Below are positions 52,965-64,000 of a stretch of 64,000 nucleotides of DNA, piece by piece. This DNA comes from Euprymna scolopes (lineage: Eukaryota), in the NCBI GenBank assembly GCA_053919585.1, contig CM132816.1. The stretch is one strand, 5' to 3'. The position numbers and the translations under genes are program-made. The first letter of the stretch is position 1. Every line of letters begins with the position of its first letter. The notes beneath the pieces were generated by a model. The model was given only the letters and a program-made list of their open reading frames with translations. It ran no database searches and was not told the DNA's origin.

Positions 52965-54220
52965 AAAGAATCCTGCAAGATGTTGGTTTACGTTACATTT
53001 AAACTTCTGCAGGTTAGTACAGTCAGGGAAGCAGGTAACATGAAAGGAATTCCTATTGATGTTCGAGGGAAAAAATTGTTAGAGTAGAAAGCTTTCTGGC
53101 ATTTAAGGACTTCAACAGTGAAAGGCGAGATTTTGCTATAGAGCGGGTTTGTCGGGAATATGTATGTCGAGGTACAACGAGTTCACCAGGGCACATTTCA
53201 TTAAAAAATATGTAATACAGGCACAGAAACACAACATTAAGTTGATGGAACAGGAGCTGGAGCTTAGTTGACAAAGTGGGAACATTTATCAAATTGAAAA
53301 CTTTTGTGTACCCTATCCAAGACGGAGAGGTTAGTGGTAAATGCACCAGCCCAGATGTGACAACAATACTCCGTGTATGGGCGAATGGTGGCCTTGTAGC
53401 GGTACAGAAGATACTCTCAGGTGTGAAAAGTATTCGCGCTCGATAGGGGCAACCTACCTTTTTTTGCAGAAGCCACCGAAATGTCCTCAATGTATTTATT
53501 ACAGTTCATATTGCCCGAGGAGTTTGAAGGAAGAATTCTTAGGTAGGGTGTTATTTGTCATGGATGTCATTGGTTGAAGAGGCGTTTTGTAATTGTTAAA
53601 GGAGAGCAGCTTAGTCTTACTAGCATTTAACGTTACCATCTATTTGCGGTCTCATTCCATTACGGTTTGGAAGTCATTTTCTAACAATTTTGCCATTGTC
53701 TTAGATTTGTGTACATCAGTTTTCTCTCGTGCATGTCATAGAGCGTTGTATCATCAACAAATATACCGACCACGGACACAATATTATCAGGGAGGTCGTT
53801 TATGAATATCAGGAATAATAGTGGTTCAAGGGTCGATCTTTGAGGCACTCTCACATTAATGTTATGTTGCTTGGATATAGTTCTATTAATGACAATCTGG
53901 ATGTCCCTATTTTCTAAGAAAGATCTAATTATATTTAGTATATGTACGATTAAATTTTCATTAGCAGTCCTTCGTGCCAGACTTTGTCAAAAAGTATGGA
54001 TATATCAAGGACTACAGCCCTGGCTTCGCCCGCATTGTCCGGTGCATGGTGTATGCGTTGGAAGATGACTGTTAAAATATCCACAGTAGAACGGCATTGC
54101 CTAAATCCATGCAGTTTGTCAGAGAAAAGATCAGCTTTTGCGAGGTGGTGTACTAGTACTTGATTAAGGTCTCAGAGATTTTAGCGAAGAGTGAGAAGAG
54201 ACTGATAGACCGATAATTGA
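52965..54220 (-). mobile_element. CR1/L2-group LINE ORF2 3' half (degenerate); its 5' side runs into the 32-bp satellite
   Basis: On the minus strand: NYRSISLFSLFAKISETLI, VLDIS..FDKVWH, IFVDDTT, YKATIRPYTEYCCHIWAGA, FYSNNFFPRTS...CFPDCTNLQKFKCNVNQHL. Confidence 0.9.
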
Positions 54221-57200
54221 GAGGGGGAAGAGACTGATAGACCGATAATTGATAAGGGGAAGAGACTGATAGACCGATAATTGAGAGTGGGAAGAGACTG
54301 ATAGACCGATAATTGAGAGGGGGAAGAGACTGATAGACCGATAATTGAGAGGGGGAAGAGACTGATAGACCGATAATTGATAGGGGGAAGAGACTGATAG
54401 ACCGATAATTGATAGGGGGAAAAGACTGATAGACCGATAATTGAGAGGGGGAAGAGACTGATAGACCGATAATTGAGAGTGGGAAGAGACTGATAGACCG
54501 ATAATTGAGAGGGGGAAGAGACTGATAGACCGATAATTGAGAGTGGGAAGAGACTGATAGACCGATAATTGAGAGGGGGAAAAGACTGATAGACCGATAA
54601 TTGAGAGGGGGAAGAGACTGATAGACCGATAATTGAGAGTGGCAAGAGACTGATAGACCGATAATTGAGAGTGGGAAGAGACTGATAGACCGATAATTGA
54701 TAGGGGGAAGAGACTGATAGACCGATAATTGAGAGGGGGAAGAGACTGATAGACTGATAATTGAGATGGGGAAGAGACTGATAGACCGATAATTGAGAGT
54801 GGGAAGAGACTGATAGACCGATAATTGAGAGGGGGAAGAGACTGATAGACCGATAATTGATAGGGGGAAGAGACTGATAGACCGATAATTGAGAGGGGGA
54901 AGAGACTGATAGACCGATAATTGAGAGGGGGAAGAGACTGATAGACCGATAATTGATAGGGGGAAGAGACTGATAGACCGACAATTGAGAGGGGGAAGAG
55001 ACTGATAGACCGATAATTGATAGGGGGAAGAGACTGATAGACCGATAATTGAGAGGGGGAAGAGACTGATAGACCGATAATTGATAGGGGGAAGAGACTG
55101 ATAGACCGATAATTGAGAGGGGAAAGAAACTGATAGACCGATAATTGATAGGGGGAAGAGACTGATAGACCGATAATTGAGAGTGGCAAAAGACTGATAG
55201 ACCGATAATTGAGAGTGGGAAGAGACTGATAGACCGATAATTGATAGGGGGAAGAGACTGATAGACCGATAATTGAGAGGGGGAAGAGACTGATAGACTG
55301 ATAATTGAGATGGGGAAGAGACTGATAGACCGATAATTGAGAGTGGGAAGAGACTGATAGACCGATAATTGATAGGGGGAAGAGACTGATAGACCGATAA
55401 TTGATAGGGGGAAGAGACTGATAGACCGATAATTGATAGGGGGAAAAGACTGATAGACCGATAATTGAGAGGGGGAAGAGACTGATAGACCGATAATTGA
55501 GAGTGGGAAGAGACTGATAGACCGATAATTGAGAGGGGGAAGAGACTGATAGACCGATAATTAAGAGGGGGAAGAGACTGATAGACCGATAATTGAGAGG
55601 GGGAAAAGACTGATAGACCGATAATTGAGAGGGGGAAGAGACTGATAGACCGATAATTGAGAGTGGCAAGAGACTGATAGACCGATAATTGAGAGTGGGA
55701 AGAGACTGATAGACCGATAATTGATAGGGGGAAGAGACTGATAGACCGATAATTGAGAGGGGGAAGAGACTGATAGACTGATAATTGAGATGGGGAAGAG
55801 ACTGATAGACCGATAATTGAGAGTGGGAAGAGACTGATAGACCGATAATTGAGAGGGGGAAGAGACTGATAGACCGATAATTGATAGGGGGAAGAGACTG
55901 ATAGACCGATAATTGAGAGGGGGAAGAGACTGATAGACCGATAATTGAGAGGGGGAAGAGACTGATAGACCGATAATTGATAGGGGGAAGAGACTGATAC
56001 ACCGATAATTGAGAGGGGGAAGAGACTGATAGACCGATAATTGAGAGGGGGAAGAGACTGATAGACCGATAATTGATAGGGGGAAGAGACTGATAGACCG
56101 ATAATTGAGAGGGGGAAGAGACTGATAGACCGATAATTGAGAGTGGGAAGAGACTGATAGACCGATAATTGATAGGGGGAAGAGACTGATAGACCGATAA
56201 TTGATAGGGGGAAGAGACTGATAGATCGATAATTGATAGGGGGAAGAGACTGATAGACCGATAATTGATAGGGGGAAGAGACTGATAGACCGAGAATTGA
56301 TAGGGGGAAGAGACTGATAGACCGATAATTGATAGGGGGAAGAGACTGATAGACCGATAATTGATAGGGGGAAGAGACTGATAGACCGATAATTGATAGG
56401 GGGAAGAGACTGATAGACCGATAATTGATAGGGGGAAGAGACTGATAGACCGATAATTGATAGGGGGAAGAGACTGATAGACCGATAATTGAGAGGGGGA
56501 AGAGACTGATAGACCGATAATTGAGAGGGGGAAGAGACTGATAGACCGATAATTGATAGGGGGAAGAGACTGATAGACCGATAATTGATAGGGGGAAGAG
56601 AGTGATAGACCGATAATTGAGAGTGGGAAGAGACTGATAGACCGATAATTGATAGGGGGAAGAGACTGATAGACCGATAATTGAGAGGGGGAAGAGACTG
56701 ATAGACCGATAATTGATAGGGGAAAGAGACTGATAGACCGATAATTGATAGGGGGAAGAGACTGATAGACCGATAATTGAGAGGGGGAAGAGACTGATAG
56801 ACCGATAATTGAGAGGGGGAAGAGACTGATAGACCGATAATTGATAGGGGGAAGAGACTGATAGACCGATAATTGAGAGGGGGAAGAGACTGATAGACCG
56901 ATTATTGATAGGGGGAAGAGACTGATAGACCGATAATTGAGAGGGGGAAGAGACTGATAGACCGATAATTGATAGGGGGAAGAGACTGATAGACCGATAA
57001 TTGAGAGGGGGAAGAGACTGATAGACCGATAATTGAGAGGGGGAAGAGACTGATAGACCGATAATTGAGAGTGGGAAGAGACTGATAGACCGATAATTGA
57101 TAGGGGGGAAGAGACTGATAGACCGATAATTGAGAGGGGGAAAAGACTGATAGACCGATAATTGAGAGGGGGAAGAGACTGATAGACCGATAATTGAGAG

Positions 57201-60200
57201 GGGGAAGAGACTGATAGACCGATAATTGAGAGGGGGAAAAGACTGATAGACCGATAATTAAGAGGGGGAAGAGACTGATAGACCGATAATTGAGAGTGGG
57301 AAGAGACTGATAGACCGATAATTGAGAGTGGGAAGAGACTGATAGACCGATAATTGATAGGGGGAAGAGTCTGATAGACCGATAATTGAGAGGGGGAAGA
57401 GACTGATAGACCGATAATTGAGAGGGGGAAGAGACTGATAGACTGATAATTGAGATGGGGAAGAGACTGATAGACCGATAATTGAGAGTGGGAAGAGACT
57501 GATAGACCGATAATTGAGAGGGGGAAGAGACTGATAGACCGATAATTGAGAGGGGGAAGAGACTGATAGACCGATAATTGAGAGGGGGAAGAGACTGATA
57601 GACTGATAAGTGAGATGGGGAAGAGACTGATGGACCGATAATTGAGAGTTGGAAGAGACTGATAGACCGATAATTGAGAGGGGGAAGAGACTGATAGACC
57701 GATAATTGATAGGGGGAAGAGACTGATAGACCGATAATTGAGAGGGGGAAGAGACTGATAGACCGATAATTGAGAGGAGGAAGAGACTGATAGACCAATA
57801 ATTGATAGGGGGAAGAGACTGATAGACCGACAATTGAGAGGGGGAAGAGACTGATAGACCGATAATTGATAGGGGGGAGAGACTGATAGACCGATAATTG
57901 AGAGGGGGAAGAGACTGATAGACCGATAATTGATAGGGGGAAGAGACTGATAGACCGATAATTGAGAGGGGGAAGAAACTGATAGACCGATAATTGATAG
58001 GGGGAAGAGGCTGATAGACCGATAATTGAGAGTGGCAAGAGACTGATAGACCGATAATTGAGAGTGGGAAGAGACTGATAGACCGATAATTGATAGGGGG
58101 AAGAGACTAATAGACCGATAATTGAGAGGGGGAAGAGACTGATAGACTGATAATTGAGATGGGGAAGAGACTGATAGACCGATAATTGAGAGTGGAAGAG
58201 ACTGATAGACCGATTATTGAGAGGGGGAAGAGACTGATAGACCGATAATTGATAGGGGGAAGAGACTGATAGACCGATAATTGATAGGGGGAAAAGACTG
58301 ATAGACCGATAATTGAGAGGGGGAAGAGACTGATAGACCGATAATTGAGAGGGGGAAGAGACTGATAGACCGATAATTGAGAGGGGGAAGAGACTGATAG
58401 ACCGATAATTGATAGGGGGAAGAGACTGATAGACCGATAATTGATAGGGGGAAGAGACTGATAGACCGATAATTGAGAGGGGGAAGAGACTGATAGACTG
58501 ATAATTGAGATGGGGAAGAGACTGATAGACCGATAATTGAGAGTGGGAAGAGACTGATAGACCGATAATTGAGAGGGGGAAGAGACTGATAGACCGATAA
58601 TTGAGAGGGGGAAGAGACTGATAGACCGATAATTGAGAGGGGGAAGAGACTGATAGACTGATAATTGAGATGGGGAAGAGACTGATGGACCGATAATTGA
58701 GAGTTGGAAGAGACTGATAGACCGATAATTGAGAGGGGGAAGAGACTGATAGACCGATAATTGATAGGGGGAAGAGACTGATAGACCGATAATTGAGAGG
58801 GGGGAGAGACTGATAGACCGATAATTGAGAGGGGGAAGAGACTGATAGACCGATAATTGATAGGGGGAAGAGACTAATAGACCGATAATTGAGAGGGGGA
58901 AGAGACTGATAGACTGATAATTGAGATGGGGAAGCGACTGATAGACCGATAATTGAGAGTGGAAGAGACTGATAGACCGATAATTGAGAGGGGGAAGAGA
59001 CTGATAGACCGATAATTGATAGGGGGAAGAGACTGATAGACCGATAATTGATAGGGGGAAAAGACTGATAGACCGATAATTGAGAGGGGGAAGAGACTGA
59101 TAGACCGATAATTGAGAGTGGGAAGAGACTGATAGACCGATAATTGAGAGGGGGAAGAGACTGATAGACCGATAATTGAGAGGGGGAAGAGACTGATAGA
59201 CCGATAATTGAGAGGGGGAAAAGACTGATAGACCGATAATTGAGAGGGGGAAGAGACTGATAGACCGATAATTGAGAGTGGCAAGAGACTGATAGACCGA
59301 TAATTGAGAGTGAGAAGAGACTGATAGACCGATAATTGATAGGGGGAAGAGACTGATAGATCGATAATTGAGAGGGGGAAGAGACTGATAGACTGATAAT
59401 TGAGATGGGGAAGAGACTGATAGACCGATAATTGAGAGTGGGAAGAGACTGATAGACCGATAATTGAGAGGGGGAAGAGACTGATAGACCGATAATTGAT
59501 AGGGGGAAGAGACTGATAGACAGATAATTGAGAGGGGGAAGAGACTGATAGACCGATAATTGAGAGGGGGAAGAGACTGATAGACCGATAATTGATAGGG
59601 GGAAGAGACTGATAGACCGACAATTGAGAGGGGGAAGAGACTGATAGACCGATAATTGAGAGTGGGAAGAGACTGATAGACCGATAATTGATAGGGGGAA
59701 GAGACTGATAGACCGATAATTGAGAGGGGGAAGAGACTGATAGACCGATAATTGATAGGGGGAAGAGACTGATAGACAGATAATTGATAGGAGGAAGAGA
59801 CTGATAGACCGATAATTGAGAGGGGGAAGAGACTGATAGACCGATAATTGATAGGAGGGAAGAGACTGATAGACCGATAATTGAGAGGGGGAAGAGACTG
59901 ATAGACCGATAATTGAGAGTGGGAAGAGACTGATAGACCGATAATTGATAGGGGGAAGAGACTGATAGACCGATAATTGATAGGGGAAGAGACTGATAGA
60001 TCGATAATTGATAGGGGGAAGAGACTGATAGACCGATAATTGATAGGGGGAAGAGACTGATAGACCGATAATTGATAGGGGGAAGAGACTGATAGACCGG
60101 TAATTGATAGGGGGAAGAGACTGATAGACCGATAATTGATAGGGGGAAGAGACTGATAGACCGATAATTGAGAGGGGGAAGAGACTGATAGACCGATAAT

Positions 60201-63200
60201 TGAGAGGGGGAAGAGACTGATAGACCGATAATTGAGAGGGGGAAGAGACTGATAGACCGATAATTGATAGGGGGAAGAGAGTGATAGACCGATAATTGAG
60301 AGTGGGAAGAGACTGATAGACCAATAATTGATAGGGGGAAGAGACTGATAGACCGATAATTGAGAGGGGGAAGAGACTGATAGACCGATAATTGAGAGGG
60401 GGAAGAGACTGATAGACCGATAATTGATAGGGGGAAGAGACTGATAGACCGATAATTGAGAGGGGGAAGAGACTGATAGACCGATAATTGAGAGGGGGAA
60501 GAGACTGATAGACCGATAATTGATAGGGGGAAGAGACTGATAGACCGATTATTGAGAGGGGGAAGAGACTGATAGACCGATTATTGATAGGGGGAAGAGA
60601 CTGATAGACCGATAATTGAGAGGGGGAAGAGACTGATAGACCGATAATTGATAGGGGGAAGAGACTGATAGACCGATAATTGATAGGGGGAAGAGACTGA
60701 TAGACCGATAATTGAGAGGGGGAAGAGACTGATAGACCGATAATTGAGAGTGGGAAGAGACTGATTGACCGATAATTGATAGGGGGGAAGAGACTGATAG
60801 ACCGATAATTGATAGGGGGAAAAGACTGATAGACCGATAATTGAGAGGGGGAAGAGACTGATAGACCGATAATTGAGAGGGGGAAGAGACTGATAGACCG
60901 ATAATTGAGAGGGGGAAAAGACTGATAGACCGATAATTGAGAGGGGGAAGAGACTGATAGACCGATAATTGAGAGTGGGAAGAGACTGATAGACCGATAA
61001 TTGAGAGTGGGAAGAGACTGATAGACCGATAATTGATAGGGGGAAGAGACTGATAGACCGATAATTGAGAGGGGGAAGAGACTGATAGACCGATAATTGA
61101 GAGGGGGAAGAGACTGATAGACCGATAATTGATAGGGGGAAGAGACTGATAGACCGATAATTGATAGGGGGAAGAGACTGATAGACCGATAATTGAGAGG
61201 GGGAAGAGACTGATAGACTGATAATTGAGATGGGGAAGAGACTGATAGACCGATAATTGAGAGTGGGAAGAGACTGATAGACCGATAATTGAGAGGGGGA
61301 AGAGACTGATAGACCGATAATTGAGAGGGGGAAGAGACTGATAGACCGATAATTGAGAGGGGGAAGAGACTGATAGACTGATAATTGAGATGGGGAAGAG
61401 ACTGATGGACCGATAATTGAGAGTGGGAAGAGACTGATAGACCGATGATTGAGAGGGGGAAGAGACTGATAGACCGATAATTGATAGGGGGAAGAGACTG
61501 ATAGACCGATAATTGAGAGGAGGAAGAGACTGATAGACCGATAATTGAGAGGGGGAAGAGACTGATAGACCGATAATTGATAGGGGGAAGAGACTGATAG
61601 ACCGATAATTGAGAGTGGGAAGAGAGTGATAGACCGATAATTGATAGGGGGAAGAGACTAATAGACCGATAATTGAGAGGGGGAAGAGATTGATAGACTG
61701 ATAATTGAGATGGGGAAGAGGCTGATAGACCGATAATTGAGAGGGGGAAGAGACTGATAGACCGATAATTGAGAGGGGGAAGAGACTGATAGACCGATAA
61801 TTGATAGGGGGAAGAGACTGATAGACCGATAATTGAGAGGGGGAAGAGACTTATAGACCGATAATTGATAGGGGAAGAGACTGATAGACCGATAATTGAG
61901 AGGGGGAAGAGACTGATAGACCGATAATTGATAGGGGGAAGAGACTGATAGACCGATAATTGAGAGGGGGAAGAGACTGATAGACTTATAATTGAGAGTG
62001 GGAAGAGACTGATAGACCGATAATTGATAGGGGGGAAGGGACTGATAGACCGATAATTGATAGGGGGAAAAGACTGATAGACCGATAATTGAGAGGGGGA
62101 AGAGACTGATAGACCGATAATTGAGAGGGGGAAGAGACTGATAGACCGATAATTGAGAGGGGGAAGAGACTGATAGACCGATAATTGATAGGGGGAAGAG
62201 ACTGATAGACCGATAATTGAGAGTGGGAAGAGACTGATAGACCGATAATTGAGAGTGGGAAGAGACTGATAGACCGATAATTGATAGGGGGAAGAGACTG
62301 ATAGACCGATAATTGAGAGGGGGAAGAGACTGATAGACCGATAATTGAGAGGGGGAAGAGACTGATAGACCGATAATTGATAGGGGGAAGAGACTGATAG
62401 ACCGATAATTGATAGGGGGAAGAGACTGATAGACCGATAATTGATAGGGGGAAGAGACTGATAGACCGATAATTGAGAGGGGGAAGAGACTGATAGACCG
62501 ATAATTGAGAGTGGGAAGAGACTGATAGACCGATAATTGATAGGGGGAAAAGACTGATAGACCGATAATTGAGAGGGGGAAGAGACTGATAGGCCGATAA
62601 TTGAGAGGGGGAAGAGACTGATAGACCGATAATTGAGAGTGGGAAGAGACTGATAGACCGATAATTGAGAGGGGGAAGAGACTGATAGACCGATAATTGA
62701 GAGTGGGAAGAGACTGATAGACCGATAATTGATAGGGGGAAGAGACTGATAGACCGATAATTGATAGGGGAAGAGACTGATAGATCGATAATTGATAGGG
62801 GGAAGAGACTGATAGACCGATAATTGATAGGGGGAAGAGACTGATAGACCGATAATTGATAGGGGGAAGAGACTGATAGACCGATAATTGATAGGGGGAA
62901 GAGACTGATAGACCGATAATTGATAGGGGGAAGAGACTGATAGACCGATAATTGAGAGGGGGAAGAGACTGATAGACCGATAATTGAGAGGGGGAAGAGA
63001 CTGATAGACCGATAATTGAGAGGGGGAAGAGACTGATAGACCGATAATTGAGAGGGGGAAGAGACTGATAGACCGATAATTGATAGGGGGAAGAGACTTA
63101 TAGACCGATAATTGAGAGTGGCAAGAGACTGATAGACCGATAATTGATAGGGGGAAGAGACTGATAGACCGATAATTGATAGGGGGAAGAGACTGATAGA

Positions 63201-64000
63201 CCGATAATTGAGAGGGGGAAGAGACTGATAGACCGATAATTGATAGGGGGAAGAGACTGATAGACCGATAATTGAGAGGGGGAAGAGACTGATAGACCGA
63301 TAATTGAGAGGGGGAAGAGACTGATAGACCGATAATTGATAGGGGGAAGAGACTGATAGACCGATAATTGAGAGGGGGAAGAGACTGATAGACCGATAAT
63401 TGATAGGGGGAAGAGACTGATAGACCGATAATTGATAGGGGGAAGAGACTGATAGACCGATAATTGAGAGTGGGAAGAGACTGATAGACCGATAATTGAT
63501 AGGGGGAAGAGACTGATACACCGATAATTGAGAGGGGGAAGAGACTGATAGACCGATAATTGAGAGGGGGAAGAGACTGATAGACCGATAATTGATAGGG
63601 GGAAGAGACTGATAGACCGATAATTGAGAGGGGGAAGAGACTGATAGACCGATAATTGAGAGGGGGAAGAGACTGATAGACCGATAATTGATAGGGGGAA
63701 GAGACTGATAGACCGATAATTGAGAGGGGGAAGAGACTGATAGACCGATAATTGATAGGGGGAAGAGACTGATAGACCGATAATTGAGAGGGGGAAGAGA
63801 CTGATAGACCGATAATTGATAGTGGGAAGAGACTGATAGACCGATAATTGAGAGGGGGAAGAGACTGATAGACTTATAATTGAGAGTGGGAAGAGACTGA
63901 TAGACCGATAATTGATAGGGGGGAAGGGACTGATAGACCGATAATTGATAGGGGGAAAAGACTGATAGACCGATAATTGAGAGGGGGAAGAGACTGATAG
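54188..64000. repeat. 32-bp satellite GA(G/T)AGGGGGAAGAGACTGATAGACCGATAATT, ~305 units, runs off the right edge
   Basis: Direct 32-bp periodicity with high homogeneity. Confidence 0.99.

Noticed and set aside
54164-63521. Minus-strand ORFs of 511-1140 aa (NYRSISLFPLSIIGLSVSSPSQLSVYQSLPP)
   Set aside because: The consensus 32-mer has no stop in any minus frame, so overlapping ORFs arise trivially. Only the NYRSISL part reflects RT ancestry.

Overview
AT-rich eukaryotic DNA that looks like an invertebrate animal genome (inferred from the transposon spectrum, not identified). It is almost entirely tandem repeats and decayed transposons, and no intact protein-coding gene is supported. There are four large satellite arrays: an 18-bp array (1-21.9 kb) with five copies of a ~600-bp foldback element and ~2-kb and 8233-bp higher-order repeats; a 29-32-bp palindromic array inside a Gypsy RT (31.4-33.4 kb); a 20-bp array (37.4-39.2 kb); and a 32-bp array (54.2 kb to the window end). 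Between them lie CR1/L2-group LINE fragments, two Gypsy fragments, an R4/Dong-like RT fragment, a degenerate BEL/Pao element, an internally deleted mariner, non-autonomous Helitrons and a MITE. A probable host promoter and first exon sits at ~40.3-40.4 kb. The main observation is that the 32-bp, 29-32-bp and (less certainly) 18-bp arrays, plus a 33-bp in-frame repeat in BEL gag, appear to have arisen in place. Each amplifies a short piece of the retroelement ORF it lies in or abuts: the RT motif NYRxISL, the Gypsy RT motif xINTH and the LINE C-terminal FYSNxFF motif. Two-copy duplications are also present, giving a 2 to >1000 copy series in one window. The long ORFs in the track are satellite artefacts.
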